Source of the DNA: Barthelona sp. PCE
Lineage: Eukaryota
DNA length: 64,000 nucleotides
NCBI GenBank assembly: GCA_040285745.1
Contig: JAUFOR010000003.1
Location: 248,001-312,000 of the forward strand
Reading direction: 5' to 3'
The translations under genes and the position numbers were made by a program. The notes under the pieces are model-generated. The model was not told where the DNA came from. It searched no databases and worked only from the letters and a program-made list of their open reading frames with translations. Every line of letters starts with the position of its first letter. Position 1 is the stretch's first letter. Shown in pieces: positions 42,677 through 52,825 of the stretch.

Positions 42677-43867
42677 ATGAAGCGGGAAGAAATCCGTATT
42701 ACGACATTCCCCCTTTCTACAATTATGAAACGGCTTCAAGAGGCTGCTAATTGTGCCGCTTGTGCACTAGTGAGCAGTGAGGGGGTACCAATTACGATTG
42801 AAAGCTTCAATTGCAAGAAGCCTGATTATCATGAGCTTTTTGGGTTTCATGCAGCATCAACAACCGCTGAAAACGCGAATGCAAGGGTTAAGTGCGTTCT
42901 TACTGAAGGTTATGCAATTGCATTTAATCAGACTGATTTTTTTACCATATGTATCATCCATAAAACAGAAAATTTGTTGCCAGAGTATGTGTACAACCAC
43001 ATAACAGAGTGCTTCAAGCAGATGATTAAGACATTGAGTCTGGGATCATTAAGGAAATTGGATAGGTCACAGTTGCAGCGAATAGGATCTCTTGTTGCTC
43101 CATCCAAAGCTCTTATTCGAGAATTTTTAGCGCTTTTAGTGAATGATTACATTCGTTTGTTGTTCCCATCTGTTGTAGTTGGCCAAAGTAATGAAAATCA
43201 CAGGATTAAACTGAATGCTATTTTGGATACACTTGATGCAGGATTTGTTCTGCTCATGAACAACACAACTAATATTGTTGAAGGTAAAGTAGGCAAAATA
43301 CCAAGAACTCTGCAATCGTTTATCTTTCCATATTTATGCACTCTTTCTAGTTACTCATTTTGTTCATCGTCTCTACCTGTACGTATTGAAGAGGAAAAGT
43401 ACGTGTTGCACATTGTGAAACTTTCGAATACATTGAGTCTTGTATTACTAACACAACACCACATACCAATACGTGATGTTCGTATTGCAGCTGATGCATT
43501 TGGGTTAGAGACCGCGTTGCCAACGTTTCTATTAGATGACGAGGACGACCAAGTAATTGGAAGAGTAGAGTTTAAGAGTGATGTAGTACGCTTAGGTCTT
43601 AATGCTGCCAATATCGATTTCATTCTCAATCAATCATTGCAAGATTCTGTGCTCAACGATTCGCTGGCTGATTTCCACAGCATGTTGCGTAACCCAACGA
43701 GTAATCCGTTTGTTAGCGCTTGTGTTTTAGAGAAATTGAAGAAACATAACCCTAAGGGATCACAACACATGCATATTACAAATAATCATATTTTACTCGG
43801 AAAAGAAAGCGAATTTATTGGTTTAAAGGTTGATACTCCATTATGGGATGTTGAACGTTTTATCTAA
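42677..43867 (+). CDS. FUZ: Fuzzy-like tri-longin protein (CPLANE / Mon1-Hps1 superfamily)
   Basis: N-terminal CALVSSEGVPI..LFGFH resembles Fuz LxxSSGVPLF..LNGVH; second longin-like block YVLHIVKLSNTLSLVLL. Confidence 0.5.
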   Translation: MKREEIRITTFPLSTIMKRLQEAANCAACALVSSEGVPITIESFNCKKPDYHELFGFHAASTTAENANARVKCVLTEGYAIAFNQTDFFTICIIHKTENLLPEYVYNHITECFKQMIKTLSLGSLRKLDRSQLQRIGSLVAPSKALIREFLALLVNDYIRLLFPSVVVGQSNENHRIKLNAILDTLDAGFVLLMNNTTNIVEGKVGKIPRTLQSFIFPYLCTLSSYSFCSSSLPVRIEEEKYVLHIVKLSNTLSLVLLTQHHIPIRDVRIAADAFGLETALPTFLLDDEDDQVIGRVEFKSDVVRLGLNAANIDFILNQSLQDSVLNDSLADFHSMLRNPTSNPFVSACVLEKLKKHNPKGSQHMHITNNHILLGKESEFIGLKVDTPLWDVERFI

Positions 43868-43871
43868 CGAT

Positions 43872-45542
43872 TTAGCGACGCTTTCTTTTCTTATTTGCTT
43901 GATTACTTACCCTTTTAGGGATCTCTGTTGTTACCATATCTTCTGGAATACCAACTCGTTCAACTAAATACTCAGCCAATTCGTTAACCAGTAATCCACT
44001 CATTGTAACAACTAAGCAGTCTGCTTTACCCATACCATAGTCAGCACCGGTAGTGATGGTGGCACGCGTGGCATGTTTCTGACGAAGATTTCTGGTGAAC
44101 TCTTCCATATCAAGACCCCAACGATCAAGACCAAAGATTGCTGTTGTGAATTTTCGTGAAGCACGAATAGAGGCAGTGATACGAATAGGCTCAGCGTTTG
44201 CAACGGTGATTTTACCATCTTGTCTGGTCAAACGTAAACGGGTCTTGGCTTTTCTGAGCATACACTTGATAACATCTTCAAATTGCATTTGTGTACCAAT
44301 GTGGTTCTCAATACCATTAATAAATGACAGGGCGCTCTCAACATACACGTTAACCTTGTCCATCTCAACAGTTGACTCATCAAAGTCCTCTTCAGCACGC
44401 TCACGTTCTTCGTAAATAACGTACTTCTCGAGTGCAGCGCAAAGAAACTGCTCATCAACATACTGCTTGCGCATGATTGCGACGCGCCTGTTTTGCATTT
44501 GTGTAAATTCTTCAGGTGATGTTGCAACGGCAGCAATAGAAGGTCTCGAAATAACCCTGAGTACAATGTCCTGTAACTGATACACCTTTTCGATGCTCTC
44601 AAACTTGGCAGATGAACCCATTTCACGCTTTCCACCTGTAGATTCAAGGATTTCACTGATCTCTTCAGTTGGATGGAAACCCAAAACAACAACTTCTCCC
44701 TTCTTTCCGGACATGGTACTGGCAATTCTGTGGCTGACGAGCTCGTCAAAGGCCTCCTTGCACTGGACCTCGGTCATGTTGAGGTTATTCTCCATTCTGT
44801 TCAAATAAAAGCTATCATAGGGTTCAGGATATGCAAAAGCTGGGATACTGGACATAGCAACGGCGAGTTTGATGGCGTTTGCGCTGAGCTCATCGGTGTT
44901 TTCGTCTTCGACCTCCTCCTTGACACCGCCTTCTGTGGGGATTAAGTCAACTGGCATGTTCTGAGGACCTAATTTCCATAGGTTATCATTCAGGATATGA
45001 ATGAGCTCGATGGCACGGCCCTTCTGACCGTTCTGGACGGCTCTAGCGAGTTGAGAGCTGGACATTTCAGCGCGACCAACGGCGATAGGACCAGAACCAC
45101 CAATAACACTAACAATAACATAGTCTCCTGCTTCGAACTCCATGTTGAATCCGCCCTCGTCGTTAAGGAGAACACCAGGAATCATTAAAGGAGGCACACT
45201 TTCTTTCATGAGGAAAGCAACTGTTCTTGCAAGAATAGGAATAACAGGGAAATTGACAGGGCCTCTGTGGAGTGCGTACAGAGATGGAAGGAAATCCTTG
45301 TGACCTGTAACATCGAATACAAGGGGGATGTAACCACTTCCACTTTCACTTGACTGAACGCAATAAAGATCAACTCTGGGGTCCAAACGGACAGAATGAA
45401 GCTGCTCGCCTTGGGGGAACCATCCTGCAATCTCTTCGTCTGTTAAGAAGGGTAAAAACTTCTTAATATCTTTTGTGAGTTTCTTTTGCACTGAACTCTT
45501 GCAATGAGCTGAACGCTTAACCTTGACTGGCCTTTCAAACAT
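43872..45542 (-). CDS. EIF2D: Translation initiation/recycling factor eIF2D (ligatin / Tma64)
   Basis: MFERPVKVK..KSSVQKKL pre-PUA, FLPSLYAL, LMIPGV PUA, AVGRA, GRAIELIH..DNLW; C-terminal SUI1 RKFTTAIFGL..LRQKHATRAT. Confidence 0.88.
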   Translation of the reverse strand: MFERPVKVKRSAHCKSSVQKKLTKDIKKFLPFLTDEEIAGWFPQGEQLHSVRLDPRVDLYCVQSSESGSGYIPLVFDVTGHKDFLPSLYALHRGPVNFPVIPILARTVAFLMKESVPPLMIPGVLLNDEGGFNMEFEAGDYVIVSVIGGSGPIAVGRAEMSSSQLARAVQNGQKGRAIELIHILNDNLWKLGPQNMPVDLIPTEGGVKEEVEDENTDELSANAIKLAVAMSSIPAFAYPEPYDSFYLNRMENNLNMTEVQCKEAFDELVSHRIASTMSGKKGEVVVLGFHPTEEISEILESTGGKREMGSSAKFESIEKVYQLQDIVLRVISRPSIAAVATSPEEFTQMQNRRVAIMRKQYVDEQFLCAALEKYVIYEERERAEEDFDESTVEMDKVNVYVESALSFINGIENHIGTQMQFEDVIKCMLRKAKTRLRLTRQDGKITVANAEPIRITASIRASRKFTTAIFGLDRWGLDMEEFTRNLRQKHATRATITTGADYGMGKADCLVVTMSGLLVNELAEYLVERVGIPEDMVTTEIPKRVSNQANKKRKRR

Positions 45543-45714
45543 GTGTAAAAAAACGGAAAACCGGTGCTTCAAACGTGAAAAGGGATCAAGTTATAGAATG
45601 ACTTAAAAATCAATTTCTAACTTAGCATGAAGTGGAAAGTCCATTGAAAATGGCTAGTACTTTGATCAGAGATAAAAAACCTTTATTGTATTAAGGGATA
45701 AACAATTGGATTTA

Positions 45715-48072
45715 TTAAAACTCAACCTTATTCTCAAAGGCTTCAAATTCTTCACACATGTTATCCCATGTCCAATGAGAAGATGCTAGGTTCTGAAGAG
45801 CAGAAGGAATTTCATCACGAGGAACACGTAACTGATCACCTGAATCACGATCACGAATGGTAGCGGAACCATCCTCAAGTGACTGAGTATCAAACGTCAC
45901 AGCGTAAGGAATACCAATCTCATCAGTACGAGCATATCTCTTACCAATAGAAATATTAGCGGTTTCAGTGATCGACTTGATGTTAAGGCGATGACAGTGT
46001 TCTTTCACTTCTCTGACCAAAGACAATGTCTTTTCGCAGTCTGCCCTAAGAGGAATGATAACGAAAGAAGCGGGAGCAATGGCAATAGGGAATTCAAAAT
46101 AAATGCGACGAGCATCAGTGGGACGAACACGGAAACAGTGCTCCCAAACGGTGTAAAGCACACGGCCGACACCGAACGAGGGCTCAATTACAGCAGGGAC
46201 AACGAACTCACCTGTAACAGTGCTTTCTTCCCAGATGAACTCAACATCATTTGAAATGTTGTGACCATTGAACTCGAATTCACCCTTTTCCTTAAGCTCG
46301 TTCATGGAAATCAGCTCCTCTTCAGAAGCTTCAGCGAGCAAAGTAGTGAGGTCTCCAAATTGTTTCCTAAGAACACGACCAAGAACCTTTTTGTTAGGAG
46401 TTGCAACGAACTTGCGCACAATCTTTGGCTCGGGGTAATCGATGAATGCACGAAGATCAGCGCCACAACCCTTCATATGAGCGTTGAGATCGTAAGCATG
46501 ACGATCGGCAAAGCCAGCAATCTCAGTCCAACCGTAAGAGAGGAGGGACTCAGCATCCCAACAATCAGAAGCATAATGAGACATCTGGTGGTCAAGGTGC
46601 TGTCTGAAACGAAGACGTTCGGGGTCAATACCAATTTCTGTGAAGAAAAGTTTTGCACGACCAAGGAAATAAGCTAACCAGACGTTCTTTAAGTGGCCCT
46701 GCTCCAGGGCATCCTTGACGGTGACCAACAGGGGTTCACCACCAGCGTTCTGTCTTTCGCGATCAAACAAAGGTAGAACAACATCTTCAACGGTGTATAA
46801 CAGAGGGCATTCGGAACCATGTGGAGAGTGGAAGAACTCCAGTTCAGCCATCATGAACTCACGTAGTCTCAGGAGACCGGAACGGGGAGCAATTTCATTT
46901 CTGAACGCAATACCCAGTTGAGCTCCACCGAAGGGCAATTTCTTACCGTTCTCAGCATACAAACGCTGGAAGTTAACAAACAGACCCTGTGCTGTCTCTG
47001 GGCGAAGGAAACCGACTGACTTTCCTGAAGGACCAATGGACGTCTTGAACATGAGGTTGAAATCAAACGGATTTAAAAGACGATGCTTGGCCTTCTCTTC
47101 ATCCTTCATGTCTTCGTAGCTGACGTTGGGGTTGTAAATCTCAAAGCAGGACATAAGTTTGCCCATTTCTTCAACCTTCAATCCGTCAACAGCAACCATA
47201 AGAGCATCAAGATTTTCCTTTGATTCGAGATCATCAAGTAAATGAACGTTCTCCTCGGGGGCTTGTTCTCTGAGGGTTTGGAGGGCGGCAGCACGCTCTT
47301 CTTCATTGAGAGCTAAAAGCTTCTCGATCTGATCCTCAAGGAGGTGATCAGCTCTGAAATGCTCAACGGGTGTGACGTTCTCATCAGCAACCATAGCATC
47401 AGTAAAACGCTTGACGTGACCACTTGCCTTAAGAACTGGTTCAGGGGTCAGAGCAGTACATTTCATCATGTATACGTTATCACGGACAAAGTGTCTCTTC
47501 CAAAGATCGAGTTCGCGGGATTCCATCTGTGTACCCTGGGGACCGTAGTCATACAGACCCTTGACACCAGCATAGATCTCAAAAGATGGACAAATGAAAA
47601 ACCTGTGACGAAGAACACGGTTTAGGATCGCACGGAAGTGAATAACGGGACTGAATGATGGGAAAAACCACTTCAAGTCACGCTCAACGTCTTCAATGGT
47701 CTTGGATCCGTAACCAGAACCAAATTCAGGATTCTTGGAAGATGTAAAGGGAAGAGCACCTTCCCTGACAGGGTTGGTGAACACTTCAGGACCGACAAGA
47801 TCACTCCAAACATCAACAGCATGGAAATGAGCAAGAACGAAAGCATTAACCTTCTTCTTGGTCACAGTGCTTAAAAGTGCAGGCCAGTATTCGGCTTCAA
47901 CGTGTTCGGAGAAGATCTCTTCAGCCTGTTGCTTGGAAATCTTAATCTTATCTTTGACAGCGACAACGATACCCTCATTCTGCAAGAAGTCGTAGACATC
48001 AGGCAGTTGCTTGTTCATACCGGGCATGAGGAAACCAACGGTATATTGAAAAAAATCATCACGGAAACGCAT
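45715..48072 (-). CDS. GARS1: Glycyl-tRNA synthetase (alpha2 type) with an N-terminal NDK-like domain
   Basis: SFEIYAGVKGLYDYGP, LKASGHV, LRPETAQG, FRNEIAPRSGLLRLREF, VIEPSFGVGR, SIGKRYARTDEIGIPY. Confidence 0.95.
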   Translation of the reverse strand: MRFRDDFFQYTVGFLMPGMNKQLPDVYDFLQNEGIVVAVKDKIKISKQQAEEIFSEHVEAEYWPALLSTVTKKKVNAFVLAHFHAVDVWSDLVGPEVFTNPVREGALPFTSSKNPEFGSGYGSKTIEDVERDLKWFFPSFSPVIHFRAILNRVLRHRFFICPSFEIYAGVKGLYDYGPQGTQMESRELDLWKRHFVRDNVYMMKCTALTPEPVLKASGHVKRFTDAMVADENVTPVEHFRADHLLEDQIEKLLALNEEERAAALQTLREQAPEENVHLLDDLESKENLDALMVAVDGLKVEEMGKLMSCFEIYNPNVSYEDMKDEEKAKHRLLNPFDFNLMFKTSIGPSGKSVGFLRPETAQGLFVNFQRLYAENGKKLPFGGAQLGIAFRNEIAPRSGLLRLREFMMAELEFFHSPHGSECPLLYTVEDVVLPLFDRERQNAGGEPLLVTVKDALEQGHLKNVWLAYFLGRAKLFFTEIGIDPERLRFRQHLDHQMSHYASDCWDAESLLSYGWTEIAGFADRHAYDLNAHMKGCGADLRAFIDYPEPKIVRKFVATPNKKVLGRVLRKQFGDLTTLLAEASEEELISMNELKEKGEFEFNGHNISNDVEFIWEESTVTGEFVVPAVIEPSFGVGRVLYTVWEHCFRVRPTDARRIYFEFPIAIAPASFVIIPLRADCEKTLSLVREVKEHCHRLNIKSITETANISIGKRYARTDEIGIPYAVTFDTQSLEDGSATIRDRDSGDQLRVPRDEIPSALQNLASSHWTWDNMCEEFEAFENKVEF

Positions 48073-48224
48073 TGTAAAGGGATAAATATAAAAATGCCGG
48101 ACCTTTTTTCGATCCTTGTCCCTCTTGAAGGCTCTTCATCTTTTATGTTGGACAACACCTTCCAACAACTTTACAATGATTGTTTTTCCTTTATAATACT
48201 CTTTCAAGTTGTTTTTTTTACATA

Positions 48225-49292
48225 ATGTGGTTTTATGTTGCTTTATTTGCTGCTTTATTTCCCATAGTGTCGTACGTATTCCCAATATTGTTAAGCAAAA
48301 CTCGAGCAGTGACCAATCTTAATCAGAGATACGGTAAATGTTGGGCACTTGTTACAGGAGGTAGTAGCGGTATAGGCAGAGCTATTGTCCGGAAGGTTGC
48401 ATCTCAGGGCATCAACATTGTAATTGTAGCACGTGATCAGATGAAAATGGATCTCATTGCACAGGAGATTAGGATCAAGTATGATGTTGAGGTAAAAACA
48501 ATTTCAGCTGATCTTTCTACTGGCGAGGGTTCTTTCTCCCCTGCCGATAAAGTACTTTCACTTACTGAAGATTTAGATATTCGTATGGTCTTCCTCAACG
48601 CAGGTTACATGACTGTTACTCCCATTAATACTTCACTTGTGAATGATACAGACACCGATGCAGTCCTGAACCGCGCCAAGAAGATGAAGAGATGCCTTGT
48701 AGACGCTAACATCGATCTTTCACATCGTTTATTTGAGAGAATTAGGAATCAGGATCGTAAAGGTGCAATTGTTTTCATTTCTTCAGCGGCATCTTACTTC
48801 CCTTTCCCTGTGTACAGCCACTATGCTGCATCCAAGGCATATGTGAGATTGATGGCTTTAAGTCTTGCTATTGAGGCAAAAGGTACAGGTATAGATGTGC
48901 TCAGCATTCAACCTGGACCGGTAAAGACTGCTTTTTTCGATGATCTCCCCTCAACGTTCTGGCTCAGAATGGCCATTCGAATCTTTGGTTCGACACCTGA
49001 TAAGATTGCACACATTGCACTTCAGTGTTTGGGAAGAGTACACTCCCGTGATGTAGGTACATTCACCATTAGTTCTCGTATATTAGATCGTTTCTTCCCC
49101 ATTGAGAGATGGCTAAAAACTTTTGGTTTAGCTTTTAGTATGTTTGCCCCATCAAAAAAGAAGGAGCAAAAGAAGGAAAAAGCAGCTGAAGAATCAGATG
49201 AAATTAGTGAGACCAAAGAACTTACTCAATTACAAGAAGACATTGTAGAAGAAGGAGACATTGAATTCCCTGAAGGTTATTTTATGGAATAA
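48225..49292 (+). CDS. Short-chain dehydrogenase, 3-ketoacyl-CoA reductase / 17bHSD12-like
   Basis: N-terminal TM, YGKCWALVTGGSSGIG, NAG, SS, YAASK, PGPVKT. Confidence 0.85.
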   Translation: MWFYVALFAALFPIVSYVFPILLSKTRAVTNLNQRYGKCWALVTGGSSGIGRAIVRKVASQGINIVIVARDQMKMDLIAQEIRIKYDVEVKTISADLSTGEGSFSPADKVLSLTEDLDIRMVFLNAGYMTVTPINTSLVNDTDTDAVLNRAKKMKRCLVDANIDLSHRLFERIRNQDRKGAIVFISSAASYFPFPVYSHYAASKAYVRLMALSLAIEAKGTGIDVLSIQPGPVKTAFFDDLPSTFWLRMAIRIFGSTPDKIAHIALQCLGRVHSRDVGTFTISSRILDRFFPIERWLKTFGLAFSMFAPSKKKEQKKEKAAEESDEISETKELTQLQEDIVEEGDIEFPEGYFME

Positions 49293-49304
49293 ACGAACTA
49301 TTTA

Positions 49305-50165
49305 TTATTGTTGACCAAATGAAACGCCGAGTCCAAGACTGATACCTCCTGATTTGACGTTGTTCACGCACGATCCAATTAAGGTGGCAGCACCCTGCGA
49401 ATGTTGAATGGATGAACGCAATATCATATCCGTATCCACTGCCACTGAAGCTCGTGTTTGCTTATTGCTAAAAATCTTTGTAAATCCAACAACACCCTGC
49501 TTGCTATTAGTTGCAAGGGCACCAATCCCGTAACTATCATGGGAAAATGCTGCGCTAAAAGTCCGAATGGAACCAGTTTTTGTGATACCAAATTTTGTGT
49601 TGTTCACCTTTGCTTGGGCGCCCACGTTGATCCCGCTCACCTTGGATACGATATTATGTACAAATGTAGATCCAACAGTCACATTAGGCATGATGTTGGC
49701 GAATGCGTGACCATGTACCAGGTTCATCAAATTCTTGCGATCGTATTTGTTACCTCCACCCATGCTGAGTTTAGGTGTGGCCAAACTTGCAGCTAAAGAG
49801 TAGTTTAGCTGTTCCTTAAAAGAAAGGTCAAGATCATAATCTGTGCCTGCTTGGAGACTAACAGGTCCAATGCCCTTGTCTAAAGACGATGATATGACAT
49901 TTGTGAGGGGTGAATAAGAGTGCATTAGCACAGAGGTCTTTGTTCCATATGCAATATTGAAATCGACACCTGTAGGGTAATGTCCCGCTGAGGTTGACGC
50001 TGAACAGACAAGATTTTCCTTGACCTGACTTGCAACTGCAACACGAAGCCCATCAAAAGGAGAATTTCCAAGGCAACTCAATGCATGTTGATGCATTCGT
50101 GCAACCAGTGGTGTTGCGCTGAGTTCTGTTAAAGTTTGAAGGAATGGTTTGGGTCCCGTTTCCAT
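49305..50165 (-). CDS. TOM40: Eukaryotic porin, Tom40-like translocase of the mitochondrion-related organelle
   Basis: N-terminal helix then FDGLR, amphipathic beta strands, RASVAVDTDMILRS, C-terminal beta-signal SLGLGVSF. Confidence 0.7.
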   Translation of the reverse strand: METGPKPFLQTLTELSATPLVARMHQHALSCLGNSPFDGLRVAVASQVKENLVCSASTSAGHYPTGVDFNIAYGTKTSVLMHSYSPLTNVISSSLDKGIGPVSLQAGTDYDLDLSFKEQLNYSLAASLATPKLSMGGGNKYDRKNLMNLVHGHAFANIMPNVTVGSTFVHNIVSKVSGINVGAQAKVNNTKFGITKTGSIRTFSAAFSHDSYGIGALATNSKQGVVGFTKIFSNKQTRASVAVDTDMILRSSIQHSQGAATLIGSCVNNVKSGGISLGLGVSFGQQ

Positions 50166-50269
50166 TGTGAATGAAAGATGTAAAAGAAAAAGCAACTCTA
50201 TATTTACAATCTGATAAAAAATTATGGTGATAGGGTGGTATGCACTCGTATTGTGAGAGACTTTTAACT

Positions 50270-51202
50270 TTACCTTCCCAAAAACTGATTAATCATTGAT
50301 CTAGGAGTCTGTTCTTCCACTCTTCTGCGATTCCTGCGTATACTTGGTGTTTGACTCTGGATATTCGTGCTCATGTGTGATAGACGATGGTTTAAACGCC
50401 TCCTATTGTTAAGCATTTTTGCCCGGATCTCTACTGACCTACTCACTGACTCAAACGAGTCATCCGTTACAGTGGGGATATGTGCCACCAGACGGTTAAA
50501 CTGGGAAGCCAAATCATTCAAATCACGTTCAACTATATTATTCAAATTTGAACTAACTTCCACAATATCATTACTATATCCACATCTCTGGATGCAGCTC
50601 TTGAGAGTATCCTCCATTAATGACAGGCTTGACTCAAATTCTTTCGTACGCAAAGCATCTTTTTCATGATTAATACCAAATTCTTCTAATTCTGAAAGAA
50701 TGTGCTTGAAACCATCATAAATGGCCCTTCGTACCGATTTATACATTCTTCTCTGCATAGAATCCTTACTTTCATCATGAGATCGTAAAGTTTTGTTTGT
50801 TACCTCCATTACGTGTTCAATAAGCTTCTTCTTTATCGCTTTGTAACGTTTTTCCACTGCTATCTTCGTGGCATTATCCAACTCAATTCCAAGTATAGAA
50901 TCAATAATCCTACTATCGCTTTCTTCGTTTTGTGGTTCTACATCGTCTTTGAATGTCACCCGTGGGGTTTCTTGTTTGACTGCATCACCAGCAGTCTTTG
51001 TTACAACAACATTGTGAGAATTTTTCTGAAGTGGTGAAACATCTTCCTCTTTGACCAATACTATGCCTACTCCATCGTGCTCTGGTTCTGTGCGTACCAG
51101 CTGCACTTTTGAAGCTAAACCAGCTTCGCGCGCAAGTAGTTCTGCAATCTTAGGATCCTTTGTTGAACAGAATTTCACTGCACTGCGCCTTTTCCGCCCC
51201 AT
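50270..51202 (-). CDS. Helical/coiled-coil protein, possibly kinetochore Dsn1/Mis13-like
   Basis: Starts MGRKRRSA; helical head and coiled coil; C-terminal TPRSMINQF. The confidence refers to the CDS; the family call is weak. Confidence 0.7.
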   Translation of the reverse strand: MGRKRRSAVKFCSTKDPKIAELLAREAGLASKVQLVRTEPEHDGVGIVLVKEEDVSPLQKNSHNVVVTKTAGDAVKQETPRVTFKDDVEPQNEESDSRIIDSILGIELDNATKIAVEKRYKAIKKKLIEHVMEVTNKTLRSHDESKDSMQRRMYKSVRRAIYDGFKHILSELEEFGINHEKDALRTKEFESSLSLMEDTLKSCIQRCGYSNDIVEVSSNLNNIVERDLNDLASQFNRLVAHIPTVTDDSFESVSRSVEIRAKMLNNRRRLNHRLSHMSTNIQSQTPSIRRNRRRVEEQTPRSMINQFLGR

Positions 51203-51259
51203 TGTATATCTGTGCCCAAAATAAAAACAAATGAAATGCGATATAAAAAGCAAAACGGT

Positions 51260-52762
51260 TTATTCTTCAACATAAATATGAATATCATCTTGTTCGACAT
51301 CTGAATCATCCTCTTCGTCCACAAAACTCGCCTTTAATCCATCAAAGATCATTAAACGACCTTCTAATTCACGAAGTTGATCACGAATACTTAAACGAGC
51401 ATCAACAATAGTAGAAATACGACTAAATACTGAGGCAAAGTCGTTTCTGCATGTGAGGATATAAGAAACCTTTAAAGTAAGAATACTGCGAATCCAAGGC
51501 ATTAAACGCAAGAAACGAATTGAATTACCTTCAATACGTACTAATAATTCGCTTAAAAACGTCAAAACCAGTTCATTAGGCAAATTTAAACATGTGTGAC
51601 GCATAACCTTCATACTTGACATTTGAACAACACGCTCGAAAATTCTCTTATCATGCGTACGAAGCGCTTGCTTAAGCAATTCGGAAAAATCATAACCAAT
51701 GGCATCCATTGCTTTGACTTCCGGTGTCTCAACAACGCTCTCCATTTTGGATGGTTTCTGTTCGTATCTCTTCAACAAATCACCAAACGAAACTGTATCT
51801 TTATCCTTTGGAACATTCATTGTGTTTGCAGTAAAAGCGTCTAATGTCATCTCTTTCATTTCATCAAGAACATCAGTTTTTTCATCATCAATCACATTCA
51901 CCTTCACTTCAACAGGTTCTATAGAAAGTTGCATGGTTGTTCCACCAATACGGTAAAGAACACCAGATGTTTTTTTGAAGAGTACGGCAAATGAAGCTTT
52001 CGCATCAAAACTGTTTGCGGGTAATTGAGGCAGTCGACTACCAATATCAACGTCGAATACATCAATTTTGCCGTTGGTTGTCAGCGCAGCAATACGGAGG
52101 ATGTTCTTCGTCTCATCATGAACGTAATCTACAAATATAGGTGTTGCTGAACATACTAATATTGTTGATTCTAATTGTTCTCCATTGCTGTGTGAAAGAA
52201 CTAAACGTCTATCAACACTAACAAGAAGGCTGTAATCACCAATTGAGATTTCGTGAGTTGCCTTGTTGGCTAAAGCATGATATGAATCTGTGGGACGTTT
52301 GCTATTTTCGTTAAAGAAGTGATATCCACTGGATACAGCAGCACATTGTTCATTGAACTGACAAAGGAGTCCAGAATGACGAGGAGCGCGGATTCGAGAA
52401 GAAACAGTTCCATCAGGAAGAATGGAAGCAATTTCATTGTTGGTAAGGACTAAATAATAGTCCTTGAACGGCATCACATCAACAACTGACGACAGGTGGA
52501 GTGTTAAAATCAGCTTAACATCCTTCTTTGTTACATCCAATTCAAAAACATCGCATTGCTGATTAAAATAGCTTGCATAGCTTATCGTAGTCTCGTCAGT
52601 GAACCGAACGCCGAGTATTTGACGCGACAAGTGTCCCTCTGGTTTGTATGTACGAATAACTTCAAATTCTTCATTATCGAAGAATATGAAGTTGTTCTTA
52701 TCTGTTAGTATGCATGATAATGCTTTTGATTCCGAAAAGCAATAACTGCTGACGCCTCCCAT
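51260..52762 (-). CDS. UTP5: SSU processome Utp5/WDR43
   Basis: Degenerate WD40 region plus Utp12 domain LLKQALRTHDK..TCLNLP..FLSEL..LMPWIRSIL..LRELEGRL. Confidence 0.8.
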   Translation of the reverse strand: MGGVSSYCFSESKALSCILTDKNNFIFFDNEEFEVIRTYKPEGHLSRQILGVRFTDETTISYASYFNQQCDVFELDVTKKDVKLILTLHLSSVVDVMPFKDYYLVLTNNEIASILPDGTVSSRIRAPRHSGLLCQFNEQCAAVSSGYHFFNENSKRPTDSYHALANKATHEISIGDYSLLVSVDRRLVLSHSNGEQLESTILVCSATPIFVDYVHDETKNILRIAALTTNGKIDVFDVDIGSRLPQLPANSFDAKASFAVLFKKTSGVLYRIGGTTMQLSIEPVEVKVNVIDDEKTDVLDEMKEMTLDAFTANTMNVPKDKDTVSFGDLLKRYEQKPSKMESVVETPEVKAMDAIGYDFSELLKQALRTHDKRIFERVVQMSSMKVMRHTCLNLPNELVLTFLSELLVRIEGNSIRFLRLMPWIRSILTLKVSYILTCRNDFASVFSRISTIVDARLSIRDQLRELEGRLMIFDGLKASFVDEEDDSDVEQDDIHIYVEE

Positions 52763-52825
52763 TAAATTGTGAAAAGAGAAAAATTTGCTTCTATGGGATA
52801 TCAAACTATTAATTTACTAAACAGG

